Shown: positions 19,317-29,098 of the stretch, piece after piece
How the letters are laid out: each line of letters begins with the position of its first letter
Numbering within the stretch: position 1 is the first letter of the stretch
NCBI GenBank assembly: GCA_030637405.1
Contig: DAOWGP010000034.1
Coordinates: 1,358 to 65,357 of the forward strand
Reading direction: 5' to 3'
Source: Candidatus Omnitrophota bacterium
Lineage (GTDB): Bacteria > Omnitrophota > Gorgyraeia > Zapsychrales > Zapsychraceae
Length of the DNA stretch: 64,000 nucleotides
Notes under the pieces: model-generated
Seen by the model: only the letters and a program-made list of their open reading frames with translations
Told to the model about the DNA's origin: nothing
Database searches by the model: none
Made by a program: the position numbers and the translations under genes

Positions 19317-20465
19317 TCAAACAATGCTTGGTTCCAATTCTGATTTGTAGTTTTGTAAAAATTCCTTCTGAAACTCCTGATAACGGTCTTCGGCAATAGC
19401 CTCACGAATTTGCCTCATTAAATTAACATAGAAATACACGTTGTGAAAAGTAATAAGCTTCAGCCCCAGGATCTCATTGCTGTTCAGTAAATGGCGAATG
19501 TAACTGCGTGTATATTTCTTGCAAACACGGCACTCGCATGTCTTATCAATGGGTCCGAAATCCTTGGTATGCGTCGCGTTGCGCACAACGATGCGTCCTG
19601 CACGCGTGAATGCCGAACCATGACGACCGTAGCGCGTCGGTATGCATGTGTCGAACATATCAATTCCTTCACCGACCGCCTTGACAATTTGGTCCGGCAG
19701 GCCGATACCCATAAAGTACCGCGGCTTCTCCTCGGGCAAAAGCGGCATGACCCAATCGAGAGTCTCAAACATAACCGGTACCGGCTCGCCGACGCTCACC
19801 CCGCCGATCGCGTAACCGTCAAAGGCGATATCCATAAGTTCTCGCGCCGATTGCTCGCGCAAGTCTCGATACGTCGCGCCCTGAACAATGCCAAATTGAA
19901 ATTGATCGCCTTCCTTTTTTCGTGTCTTTAAGAAATATTCGCGGGACTGTCTGGCCCAAACGGTCGTGCGCTTGACCGATCTTTCGGCCTGCTCGCGGTC
20001 GCAGGGATACGGCGCGCATTCATCCAAAGGCATCATGATATCCGAACCGAGTACTCTTTGGATATCAACAACCTTTTCCGGCGTGAAGAATTGAACCGAA
20101 CCGTCATAATGCGATTGGAATTGGACACCTCCGTCAGTAAGCTTACGCAGTTTGGCAAGACTGAATACTTGATACCCACCGCTATCGGTCAAGATCGGCC
20201 CATCCCAGCTCATGAACTTATGCAAGCCGCCAGCCTCACCGATCACATCAAGCCCGGGACGCAGAAAAAGGTGATACGTATTCGACAAAACAATCTGCGT
20301 GTCAAATTCAAGTAAACTTTCAAACGAGAGCGTCTTGACCGTTCCGTTGGTCCCGACCGGCATAAAGAATGGCGAATCAATCACCCCATGGGCCGTCGTA
20401 AGTTTCCCTATCCGCGCTTTTGTATTTTTTTCTTGTTTTAATAATTCAAACATCTTTTTAATCAA
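19317..20465 (-). CDS. tgt: Queuine tRNA-ribosyltransferase
   Basis: GKLTTAHGVIDSPFFMPVGT and the zinc site CxCxxC...H (CECRVCKKY); 382 aa. Confidence 0.92.
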   Translation of the reverse strand: MIKKMFELLKQEKNTKARIGKLTTAHGVIDSPFFMPVGTNGTVKTLSFESLLEFDTQIVLSNTYHLFLRPGLDVIGEAGGLHKFMSWDGPILTDSGGYQVFSLAKLRKLTDGGVQFQSHYDGSVQFFTPEKVVDIQRVLGSDIMMPLDECAPYPCDREQAERSVKRTTVWARQSREYFLKTRKKEGDQFQFGIVQGATYRDLREQSARELMDIAFDGYAIGGVSVGEPVPVMFETLDWVMPLLPEEKPRYFMGIGLPDQIVKAVGEGIDMFDTCIPTRYGRHGSAFTRAGRIVVRNATHTKDFGPIDKTCECRVCKKYTRSYIRHLLNSNEILGLKLITFHNVYFYVNLMRQIREAIAEDRYQEFQKEFLQNYKSELEPSIV

Positions 20466-20612
20466 GTGAACGTCTAAAATAAAACCATACCCAATTAGCT
20501 GAAATGAATTCCCAGTCTTCTGGTCCTAATTGATTGAGTTTTTTGGTTGTTTTTTCCGCTCCGCCCCAAATAAAAACACATTTATACTCAAATTTTGTCA
20601 TTGTGCATTCTC

Positions 20613-20837
20613 TCATTTATTATACTTACAGAATTTAGACCCCTTTATCCCCGATAATATTAAGATAATGCCGACAATAATGGCCAAAATCTGGATCAAC
20701 CCGAAAACAGCCTCTCCCATAATTCCTGTCAGCAATCCCAAAGCAAGAACAATGATCCCGATAAACAAACAGCAATTGCATTTCTGTTTCTTGTTTTCAT
20801 CAGTCATGTTGCCCTCCCTTTTATTCCGACCGCACAA
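20613..20837 (-). CDS. Small hypothetical membrane protein (start probably the internal Met, about 63 aa)
   Basis: Two hydrophobic helices and a CNCC motif; no recognisable family; in an intergenic gap between VOC and tgt. Confidence 0.35.
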   Translation of the reverse strand: MCGRNKREGNMTDENKKQKCNCCLFIGIIVLALGLLTGIMGEAVFGLIQILAIIVGIILILSGIKGSKFCKYNK

Positions 20838-20865
20838 GGTCAGTTTAGGTTAAACAGACTACAAA

Positions 20866-21234
20866 TTACTCAGGCTTATGGCAAACAACTTCAATATTAT
20901 GCCCATCCGGGTCAAAGACAAATGCCGCGTAATAATCAGCATGGTAATTTTCTCTGATGCCCGGCGCTCCGTTATCTTTGCCACCGGCGGCAATAGCCGC
21001 TTCATAAAAACTGTCGACTTCCCTCCGGTTATCCGCGGCAAACGCGATGTGCGTCGGCTGCTGGACACCGCGGCCCACTCCAAACCAGAATTCCGGTTTG
21101 CCGCCCTTGCCAAAACCCGACCATCCCTCAAACTCCATAGCTTCTTCAACTCCTAATGGAGCCAGTGCTTTTGAATAAAAATCTTTACTTTGCGCGTGAT
21201 CCGAAACAGCTAATCCAATGTGATCAATAATCAT
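20866..21234 (-). CDS. VOC (glyoxalase/bleomycin resistance/dioxygenase) family protein
   Basis: MIIDHIGLAVSD start, 122 aa, C-terminal HIEVV-type metal-ligand context. Confidence 0.75.
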   Translation of the reverse strand: MIIDHIGLAVSDHAQSKDFYSKALAPLGVEEAMEFEGWSGFGKGGKPEFWFGVGRGVQQPTHIAFAADNRREVDSFYEAAIAAGGKDNGAPGIRENYHADYYAAFVFDPDGHNIEVVCHKPE

Positions 21235-21280
21235 TTTTCACCTCCATTTCTCTATTCCTTCACATTAAAACTTAACACAA

Positions 21281-21760
21281 TTATCGATACGGCTCAAGAG
21301 CCTTTAAAAGATCGGGATTGATAAACCCGAGCTTCTTAGCCTTATCACAATATTCAACGGCCAATTTATATTGCTTTTTTTGCCAGTAAGAAATGGCCAA
21401 ATTACTATAGGCGCGCGCGTACGAAGGGTCTGTTTCAATCGCTTTTTTATAAAATGCTATAGCCTTTTCGTATCGGCCTGAACCATATTTAACAATGCCC
21501 ATGTTGTTATAGGCTTCCGCGTTGTCCGGATTAAGAACTACCGCACGCTCATAGACCTCCATGGCATCTTCAGATCTTCCGACGTCATGGTAGGCAACGC
21601 CAAGATTATTATGGGCCATAGAATGTTTCGGCGTAATTTCTACGGCTTTCTCGTAAAGAGCAATAGCCTCTTGTATTTTTCCGCTCTCATAATATATCAG
21701 GCCGAGGTTAGTATAGACATCCGAATACTCCGGATCAAGTTCAATCGCTTTTTTGTAGAG
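21281..21760 (-). CDS. TPR-repeat segment in the same frame as, and contiguous with, the upstream TMTC-like gene. It is separated from it only by one TAG (probable C-terminal part of a disrupted or read-through gene).
   Basis: Translation immediately after the TAG reads LYKKAIELDPEYSDVYTNLGLIYYESGKIQEAIALYEKAVEITPKHSMAHNNLGVAY..., textbook TPR units continuing the repeat phase of the upstream ORF. Confidence 0.6.
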   Translation of the reverse strand, partial: LYKKAIELDPEYSDVYTNLGLIYYESGKIQEAIALYEKAVEITPKHSMAHNNLGVAYHDVGRSEDAMEVYERAVVLNPDNAEAYNNMGIVKYGSGRYEKAIAFYKKAIETDPSYARAYSNLAISYWQKKQYKLAVEYCDKAKKLGFINPDLLKALEPYR

Positions 21761-23050
21761 CTAACTCGCCTCGGTAGTTTTTCCCTGGTTGTGATATTGG
21801 TTGCCAAGATTAAAATGTACCCGCGCGCTGTCCGCCGAGTGCTTCAGGGTCAATCGGTACAAACTTATCGAATCTCTCCAATAAGCATTCTGCTTAAATG
21901 TGAGTATCGAATAAAAACCAATCGGTAATGCCGCAAGAACAATGCTCAATACTTGAAATGGCCTTCTTTCATAGAGAAGAATGAATCCTTTAGCCGCGAT
22001 TAAAAATATTCCAATCGACGGAATATAAAGCCAATGTTCAGCCATGTAGGCATTAAGCGGATAAAGATTTGAACTTGGAAGTAAAGCCAGAACAAACCAC
22101 AGGACAGAGAAAAAAATAATTCCATAGCCCTCTTTCTTCCTGACTGAAAAAACATAAGCCAACACGAAAAATAATATGACCGCTCCGGCGATGGCTCGTT
22201 GGTCGTTAAAGGCAAAAGTCCCGTTACCGTATTCCATATGCAGATTAAAAGGTGCCATCAAAAGCCGTGTGTAATTCAACAGCGCCACGAAAAACCCGGG
22301 AACCCTTTGTATAAACGTCGTTGGAAAAGTCTCAGATAATAACGACTTTAACAACGTGCATCGTAAGACAATATAGATGAGGCTGAGGCTCGCGATCGGC
22401 AGAAATTGTTTGAACTTAAACCGTACCTTGAAGCTGTAATGATACAGGATCAGGAGAAGAGGCAAAATCAAGCTGTTTTCCCTTGATAAAAGGGACAAAA
22501 TATAACTCGCGCATGCAAGCAGCAGAAACGAAAACCGCTCTGCGCGCAGATATTTGATATAGAATATAAAACAAAGAGGCAGAAAAAGCGCCGTCAATGA
22601 ATCCGCACGTCCCGAAATATAGCTGACCACTTCGGTGCGCGCCGGATGCGCAACGAACAAAAGGCCGGCCAAAAGAGCCATCAACCAGTTGTCATAAAAA
22701 AGGATGGCCAGCCAAAAGACCGCCAGCGCGGCAAAAACATGAAAAACAACATTGCTGAGATGATATCCCCGAACATCAAGTTTCCAAAGCGAATAATCCA
22801 TCATGTAGGTGATCATCTGCGATGGACGGAAAAAATTGTATTTTTTTCCAATACCGACGCCAAACTTGGCTCCTGCATCGGGGGTAAACATCCTTGGGAG
22901 ATTAGACCAATCACGGATATAGGTATTATCCCTCACTAAAACATTATCGTCCCAAAGAAATTCGCCATTGAGGGAATTGCTGTAAACCATAAATCCAAGT
23001 AGGATTATTAAAACCGTACTGATAATTATGTTCGTTCTTTTTCTAAGCAT
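21761..23050 (-). CDS. Polytopic membrane glycosyltransferase-like protein (PMT/TMTC-like, GT39/DUF1736-type) with C-terminal TPRs, terminated by an in-frame TAG
   Basis: N-terminal WDDN motif in the first loop, about 10 predicted TM helices, then TPRs (VHFNLGNQYHNQGKTTEAS-stop). Confidence 0.65.
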   Translation of the reverse strand: MLRKRTNIIISTVLIILLGFMVYSNSLNGEFLWDDNVLVRDNTYIRDWSNLPRMFTPDAGAKFGVGIGKKYNFFRPSQMITYMMDYSLWKLDVRGYHLSNVVFHVFAALAVFWLAILFYDNWLMALLAGLLFVAHPARTEVVSYISGRADSLTALFLPLCFIFYIKYLRAERFSFLLLACASYILSLLSRENSLILPLLLILYHYSFKVRFKFKQFLPIASLSLIYIVLRCTLLKSLLSETFPTTFIQRVPGFFVALLNYTRLLMAPFNLHMEYGNGTFAFNDQRAIAGAVILFFVLAYVFSVRKKEGYGIIFFSVLWFVLALLPSSNLYPLNAYMAEHWLYIPSIGIFLIAAKGFILLYERRPFQVLSIVLAALPIGFYSILTFKQNAYWRDSISLYRLTLKHSADSARVHFNLGNQYHNQGKTTEAS

Positions 23051-23100
23051 AAATTCAATCCAGGCTCGTTAATGAACCCAAACAGACCCCGGGGGTCTGT

Positions 23101-23682
23101 TTAAGGTGATTTAGACTTCTCATACGTTCCCATCAGAACCGCTTCGGCAATAATATGCCCTTCCATTGCCGCTTCAACTTCTGCCTTTGTCGGATTGCCC
23201 ATTTCCTCTAAAGTTGTATCAAGCGCATACAATTTATGAAAATAGCGGTGCCGCCCAATAGGCGGGCACGGTCCACCATAGCCGGTTCTCTGCCAATCAT
23301 TGAGGCCGTCTCTTGCCCCGATGGGAATATCCTTTGATGTTGCGCCTTCCGGAAACCCAGTTGTGTCCGGTGGAATGTTATAAACAACCCAATGGATCCA
23401 TATCATTTTTGGAGCCGCGGGGTCCGGCGCATCCGGATCGTCAACGATCAGAACCAGGCTAACCGCATTTTCAGGCACACCTTCCCATTCTAAAGACGGC
23501 GCGATATCTTCCCCCTGGCAGGTATATTTTAACGGAATTTCCCCTTCGTGAACAAAAGCATTGGATTTAATTGAAAACAGCATATTCCCCTCCTTTGTAA
23601 AACCTAATCGGGTAGACATAAAAATTAAACAGCCGATTGCAAGCCCTGTTATGGTCCAGAAATAATTTTCGTATTTTTTCAT
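23101..23682 (-). CDS. YbhB/YbcL-type phosphatidylethanolamine-binding protein (PEBP) with N-terminal signal or anchor
   Basis: DPDAP...HW...GYGGPCPP...HRYFHKLYALD signature motifs. Confidence 0.85.
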   Translation of the reverse strand: MKKYENYFWTITGLAIGCLIFMSTRLGFTKEGNMLFSIKSNAFVHEGEIPLKYTCQGEDIAPSLEWEGVPENAVSLVLIVDDPDAPDPAAPKMIWIHWVVYNIPPDTTGFPEGATSKDIPIGARDGLNDWQRTGYGGPCPPIGRHRYFHKLYALDTTLEEMGNPTKAEVEAAMEGHIIAEAVLMGTYEKSKSP

Positions 23683-23706
23683 AGCCCCTCTTTCTTTCCA
23701 ATTTTC

Positions 23707-24732
23707 TTAAATAATAAGCATCGCGTCGCCATAGCTGAAAAACCGGTATTTTTCTTTCACCGCTTCCCTGTATGCCCGAGCCATCAAATCTTTTGTTCCA
23801 AACGCGTATATTAACATTAAAAGCGTACTCAAAGGGAGATGAAAATTCGTCAGCAGAATATCAACCATTTGAAACTGAAAACCCGGGTAAATAAAAATAT
23901 CCGTGCTTCCCCGTAAAGCCGGGCGGGCGGCCGATCCTGCTTTCGCAACCGTTTCAAGGACCCGGCAGCTTGTGGTTCCAACCGCAACGACTTTCCGGTC
24001 CTTTGTCTTCGCGCCTCGAATCGCGCTCAATGTTTTGCTTGTTAGCGAATAATCCTCAACATGCATTTTATGCTTTGTGACATCCTCTTCTTCAACTGGC
24101 TTGAAAGTCGCGTAATTAATATGCAACGTCACTTTCTCAATGGCGTGACCATCTTTTTCAATACTTTTCAATAATCGGTTCGTGAAATGCAAGCCGGCTG
24201 TCGGCGAGGCCACCGATCCGGACTTTTGCGCATAAACCGTCTGATAATATTTTCGGTCAGCCGCACGATCCGGACGCTTGATATACGGTGGAAGCGGAAT
24301 ATGGCCGATTTTCTCCAATTGTTTCGAAATGTTTTTTTTATTAAACTTGACGATCCTGTTTTCCCAATCCTTGATCTTTGCGACAAGGTCTCCACCGTTA
24401 AAAACGATCCGGTCTTCATTTCTCAAACGCCGCAACGGGCGCAACAATGTCTTATACGAGTACCCATCGGATAGCCTCTTAAGCAGGAACACCTCGACCT
24501 TCCCACCGCTGCGTTCCCTCTTACCTAAAAGACGCGCAGGAACAACCCTGCTGTCATTAAGCACAATGCAGGAATTCTTAGGCAGATATTTTCTAATATT
24601 TGAAAAAGAATCGTGGATAATCCTCTTGCGATTCCGGTCAATCACCATTAATCGCGCTTGATCCCGCCGGTGAAGCGGATGCTGCGCAATCAAATTCCGC
24701 GGTAAGTTGTAATTAAAATCCTCTAGATTCAT
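23707..24732 (-). CDS. queA: S-adenosylmethionine:tRNA ribosyltransferase-isomerase
   Basis: DFNYNLPRNLIAQHPL start; 341 aa. Confidence 0.9.
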   Translation of the reverse strand: MNLEDFNYNLPRNLIAQHPLHRRDQARLMVIDRNRKRIIHDSFSNIRKYLPKNSCIVLNDSRVVPARLLGKRERSGGKVEVFLLKRLSDGYSYKTLLRPLRRLRNEDRIVFNGGDLVAKIKDWENRIVKFNKKNISKQLEKIGHIPLPPYIKRPDRAADRKYYQTVYAQKSGSVASPTAGLHFTNRLLKSIEKDGHAIEKVTLHINYATFKPVEEEDVTKHKMHVEDYSLTSKTLSAIRGAKTKDRKVVAVGTTSCRVLETVAKAGSAARPALRGSTDIFIYPGFQFQMVDILLTNFHLPLSTLLMLIYAFGTKDLMARAYREAVKEKYRFFSYGDAMLII

Positions 24733-25940
24733 AATTCGGATATCTTAATAATCTTCGCTCCCGGATAATAGTATTCCAATATCCTTTTATATTCATAGCG
24801 TTTTTTTGCCATCTGATACACACCCCACTGGCACATCCCGACGCCATGCCCCCATCCGCGGCCGTTGACATCAAAATAATATCCTTTCATTTCAATATTA
24901 TAATAATTGCTTTTGAGCACATTCGGTCCGACAATATCGCGGAATTTTATTCCCGAAATGGTCGTTTCTTTTCCGTCACGCGTTTTTATTCTTAGATTTT
25001 TGATGCGACCGCTCTTCGTGCGGTCAAACACGGCAATTTCTTTGATCAGTCCCAGCTTAAATCCATTCGCGTTAAGTTTCTCCTGGACATCTTTAGAACG
25101 GAAATTCTTTTTCCACCGGTAATTGGGCATCCCCTTGCAAAACCCACATTGAACACCTTTTAACGGCGGAAGATCATTCTTCCATAATTCAGCTACATCT
25201 TCTGTATGACCACCGCAATTCGAATGAAAATAGGCAGGTAAAACTTTACCTTGATAAGAAAGAATCTGCCCGCGCGTGCGGTTTGCTGCAATATTCGTCC
25301 GATGCCGTTCGGCACTGCGTCCACCATAAACCTGTGAATAAATACCGCTCGTCACATCATACTCTTGCCCTTTTTTCTCGCTTATTTGGTAAAGCGCGTA
25401 TGTGCGTGTCGCAACAGCCTGGGCTTTAATCGCATTCATCGGCCAGCGGTGTGGAACTTCATGATATAAAACCCCTTTGACATAAGATTCCAAATCAAGG
25501 GTGTTAACAACAAGAATTTTGTCCTTTTCGGTAAGAATAATATCTATCTGATCCCGGTATCGCCGTTTTCTTCCCTTGTGATATATCGCCGCATCCCTTT
25601 TGGTAATAATACGTAATCGGCGGACACCATATTCTTTTCTGCCAATTCGAATCCCCCCCTGCTTAACCGTAACAGCACAGCGCTTCAGGCGCTTCCCGCC
25701 ATCCACATCTCCATTCGTTACCGGATCAATAATCTTGTATTTTCCCCGAATGGAGAAATCAAAGCCTTTTTCATTCTGCAGCACAGCCACACGAACCATA
25801 TCGCCTCGGCTGGAGACTTCCGAAAAAGAAATGCTGTTGACTGCAAAAGCATAAAGGCATACCGCAATAAGGAAATATCGGATTATTTTTGGTTCCATAG
25901 AAGAAATATGAGGCTTATAACAGCACTGATTAAAAGACAT
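24729..25940 (-). CDS. SpoIID/LytB domain protein (peptidoglycan lytic transglycosylase / amidase-enhancer family)
   Basis: Signal/TM N-terminus; C-terminal GWGHGVGMCQWG motif typical of the SpoIID/LytB domain. Confidence 0.75.
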   Translation of the reverse strand: MSFNQCCYKPHISSMEPKIIRYFLIAVCLYAFAVNSISFSEVSSRGDMVRVAVLQNEKGFDFSIRGKYKIIDPVTNGDVDGGKRLKRCAVTVKQGGIRIGRKEYGVRRLRIITKRDAAIYHKGRKRRYRDQIDIILTEKDKILVVNTLDLESYVKGVLYHEVPHRWPMNAIKAQAVATRTYALYQISEKKGQEYDVTSGIYSQVYGGRSAERHRTNIAANRTRGQILSYQGKVLPAYFHSNCGGHTEDVAELWKNDLPPLKGVQCGFCKGMPNYRWKKNFRSKDVQEKLNANGFKLGLIKEIAVFDRTKSGRIKNLRIKTRDGKETTISGIKFRDIVGPNVLKSNYYNIEMKGYYFDVNGRGWGHGVGMCQWGVYQMAKKRYEYKRILEYYYPGAKIIKISEL

Positions 25941-26098
25941 GTTGTAATCGGGATATACAGCGTAAAATTTTCCCTTTTGATCAGGATATCACCGGGTAAC
26001 CGTCCTATTCCGGGAATCCTTCCGAACATATGAAGGCATAGACCGGTTATGATTAAAGCAATACCGACGATAATAAGTGCTTTTGAAATATCTGTCAT
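25883..26098 (-). CDS. Small membrane protein with a GRLPGDI motif (DUF2905-like), start taken at the internal Met
   Basis: Two TM helices flanking RLPGDI; I recall this family as often lying next to ruvB, but I cannot confirm that here. Confidence 0.5.
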   Translation of the reverse strand: MTDISKALIIVGIALIITGLCLHMFGRIPGIGRLPGDILIKRENFTLYIPITTCLLISAVISLIFLLWNQK

Positions 26099-26102
26099 GT
26101 TA

Positions 26103-27131
26103 TTATGATTTCTGAGGTAAATCAGGACAGGAAGCACCCTTAATGTGCTTGATGGAAACATCTGTAAGTTCTCGACCGCGGGGCGTTCGCTTCAAGAATC
26201 CGATCTTTAAAAGATACGGCTCAATGACATCGACAAGCGTATCAACTTCTTCATTTAAGGTCGCCGCAAGCGTTTCAATGCCAACCGGACCTCCCCTGTA
26301 ATTGTCGTGTATAACCCCCAACAATTTTCGGTCGATATCATCCAACCCGCTTTGATCGATACGAAGCGTCTGCATTGCCTCGCCAACAATTTTCTCGGTG
26401 ATCTCACTATTAAGGGTCTTGACTTGCACATAATCCCTTACGCGGCGAAGAAGCCGGTTAGCAATCCGCGGGGTCCCGCGCGCCCGCCGGGATATCTCGA
26501 CAGCCGAAGACTGATCAATGATAACATTCAACTTTTTTGCCGAGCGCATCACAATTTCGGCCAGTTCTTCGGGCGCGTAAAATTCCAAATGATAAAATAT
26601 GCCGAAACGGTCTCGCAAAGGCGAGGACAACAGCCCGCTGCGTGTCGTTGCCCCGATCAATGTAAAAGGCTTCAAATTAAAATTGATCGTCTTAGCATAA
26701 GGCCCCTTATCAACTGTAAAATCGATCTTAAAGTTCTCCATGGCCGGATACAGGAACTCTTCAACAACTTTTGATAAACGGTGGATCTCATCGATAAAAA
26801 GAATATCGCCAACTTCAAGGTTCGTAAGGATACCAATGAGGTCCCCGGCGCGATCAATCGCAGGACCTGAAGTTACGGTGATCCGTGCTCCCATTTCATG
26901 GGCCACGATGTTCGCAAGCGATGTCTTTCCAAGCCCGGGCGGCCCGGAAAAAAGCATATGTTCAATTGGCTCTGCGCGCTGTTTCGCCGCCTGAATAGAA
27001 ACCTGAAGATTATTGATCACATCATTCTGCCCGACAAACTCGCTCACACAGGACGGGCGTAATGACAAACTATAGACTTGATCTTCATCCGTTTCCTGAT
27101 TAAATACGATTTTCCTCTTTTCGTCCATCAC
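26103..27131 (-). CDS. ruvB: Holliday junction branch migration ATPase RuvB
   Basis: Walker A GPPGLGKTSLA, sensor motifs; 342 aa. Confidence 0.93.
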   Translation of the reverse strand: MMDEKRKIVFNQETDEDQVYSLSLRPSCVSEFVGQNDVINNLQVSIQAAKQRAEPIEHMLFSGPPGLGKTSLANIVAHEMGARITVTSGPAIDRAGDLIGILTNLEVGDILFIDEIHRLSKVVEEFLYPAMENFKIDFTVDKGPYAKTINFNLKPFTLIGATTRSGLLSSPLRDRFGIFYHLEFYAPEELAEIVMRSAKKLNVIIDQSSAVEISRRARGTPRIANRLLRRVRDYVQVKTLNSEITEKIVGEAMQTLRIDQSGLDDIDRKLLGVIHDNYRGGPVGIETLAATLNEEVDTLVDVIEPYLLKIGFLKRTPRGRELTDVSIKHIKGASCPDLPQKS

Positions 27132-27137
27132 GATTTC

Positions 27138-27905
27138 CTATGATTGCCTACCAGCATCTTCGGCAGTATCAATCGGCACCATATTGTCCTTATTACGCAA
27201 TATCTCGATATCTTCAAACGTCCGTTTTTGTACCGCCTCAATCTCCTTTAAACGGATAAGCTCAAGGATCGCCAAAAAAGTAACAACCATCTCAATCTTA
27301 CTTCTTGCCTTTCGAAACAGCTGGCTCAGCGAAACTTTCGATTCATCAAGCAGGCGGTGTAAAATATCATGGATTTTCTGCTCGACGGTGTATTCTTCAG
27401 CGATGATCTCATGAATGATCTCCTCGGGAACCTTGTTAAGGGCATCAGACAGAGCGTTAATCAGATCGAAAAGACTGGCTTCAAAAAAGATCTCTTTCGC
27501 GTCTTCCCTGAGCTGATTCTTGACCTCCTCGTCAACAGTCCGCGAAAAGAAATCTTTGCGCTTAAGCTCCTTCTCTTTCAGGGCATCCGCGATTTCCTTG
27601 AACTTTTTATATTCCTGAAGCCGGCGGACCAGCTCATCACGCGGGTCTTCCTCCTCGTCCTCCTCTTCCATCGGATCCGGCGGAAGAAGCATTCTTGACT
27701 TGATCTGCATAAGTGTTGCGGCCATCACAAGAAAATCACCGACAATATCCAGATCCAACATCTCCATCATCTTGATATATTCCATGTATTGCTTGGTAAT
27801 CTCGGCGATCGGAATGTCGCTGATATCAATGTCATTCTTCTTAATCAGATAAAGTAGCAGATCTAAAGGCCCTTCAAAGATGTCTAATTTGAGTTTATAT
27901 CCCAT
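27138..27905 (-). CDS. scpA: Segregation and condensation protein A
   Basis: FEGPLDLLLYLIKKNDIDISDIPIAEIT N-terminal signature. Confidence 0.85.
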   Translation of the reverse strand: MGYKLKLDIFEGPLDLLLYLIKKNDIDISDIPIAEITKQYMEYIKMMEMLDLDIVGDFLVMAATLMQIKSRMLLPPDPMEEEDEEEDPRDELVRRLQEYKKFKEIADALKEKELKRKDFFSRTVDEEVKNQLREDAKEIFFEASLFDLINALSDALNKVPEEIIHEIIAEEYTVEQKIHDILHRLLDESKVSLSQLFRKARSKIEMVVTFLAILELIRLKEIEAVQKRTFEDIEILRNKDNMVPIDTAEDAGRQS

Positions 27906-28120
27906 AACATTCCTGTCTAATTATTAAAAACACCAAATCCCAAATGACAAAAAACAAATAATTCCGAAATCACAAATTCAAAATACCAAATTCTCATCTA
28001 TAAACAAGCTGTTTTGGTCATTGAGATTTGGTTGTTGGAATTTATTTGTCACTTGACGCTTGTTTTTTGGAATTTAAATTTCACGATTCATGCTGTTTTA
28101 TTTAGATACATATGGTTTTG

Positions 28121-29098
28121 TTAAAATATGACCTCTTTAATTTCAGCAATCGTTTTCTTAGCGATTACTTGTGCTTTCTTACGCCCTTCCTCCAGAATAT
28201 CTTGAATGCGGCCTTTATCTTTTTCAAGCTCAGAACGTCTCGCGCGTATGGGCGCTAAATAATCAATTAATATATCCGCTAATATCATCTTGCAATCTGT
28301 GCATCCTTTTTGCGCTTTTGTGCACCATTCGTGAACTTCATTTTTCTTTTCAGGCGCGAACACCTCATAATAACTACAGACATTACATTTATTCGGATGC
28401 CCGGGGTCGGCCAGCTTGATCCTCTTTGGATCCGTGAACATATTCTTTGCTTTTTTCTTTATTTCTTTCTCAGGGTCACTGAGATTGATCGCATTTTGAT
28501 AGCTTTTGCTCATCTTGCGCCCGTCAAGACCCAAAAGGCGCGGTGTTTTTGTTAAAATAGCCTCACAATCCGCGAAGAAATTCGTTTTGTAGATATGATT
28601 GAACCGCCGAGAAATCTCGCGCGTTAATTCGATGTGCGGCAACTGGTCTTCACCGATCGGCACAGCATTGGCCCTGTATAACATAATATCCGCCGCCTGA
28701 AGAACAGGATATCCAAGAAACCCGTAAGTTTGCAGATCTCTCGTTTTAATCTCGCGCAATTGTTCTTTATAGGTAGGATTGCGCTCCAGCCACCCCAAAG
28801 GAGTTATGCAGGAGAATATCATCTGAAGCTCTAAGTGCTCGGGAACATGGGATTGAACAAAAATAATTGATTTTTCCGGGTCAATCCCGTAGGCAATCCA
28901 ATCGATCGCCATATCCACGATATTTTCCTGGATTTCCTTGCTCTGCGCGTACTCCCCCATAAGCGCATGCCAATCAACAATCCCAAAAATGCAGTTGTAA
29001 TTATTTTGAAGTTCGAGCCAATTATTCAACGCGCCTACCAGGTGTCCAAGGTGCAGCTTTCCGGTCGGACGCATTGCAGAGAAAACTATTCTTTTCAT
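28121..29098 (-). CDS. trpS: Tryptophanyl-tRNA synthetase
   Basis: HLGH-type motif (PTGKLHLGHLVG) and KMSKS; 325 aa. Confidence 0.93.
   Translation of the reverse strand: MKRIVFSAMRPTGKLHLGHLVGALNNWLELQNNYNCIFGIVDWHALMGEYAQSKEIQENIVDMAIDWIAYGIDPEKSIIFVQSHVPEHLELQMIFSCITPLGWLERNPTYKEQLREIKTRDLQTYGFLGYPVLQAADIMLYRANAVPIGEDQLPHIELTREISRRFNHIYKTNFFADCEAILTKTPRLLGLDGRKMSKSYQNAINLSDPEKEIKKKAKNMFTDPKRIKLADPGHPNKCNVCSYYEVFAPEKKNEVHEWCTKAQKGCTDCKMILADILIDYLAPIRARRSELEKDKGRIQDILEEGRKKAQVIAKKTIAEIKEVIF

Noticed and set aside
21761-21763. TAG reassigned to a sense codon genome-wide
   Set aside because: trpG (3124-3126) terminates with TAG exactly where the protein alignment says it should end. A local nonsense mutation, an error, or site-specific read-through is therefore more likely than recoding.
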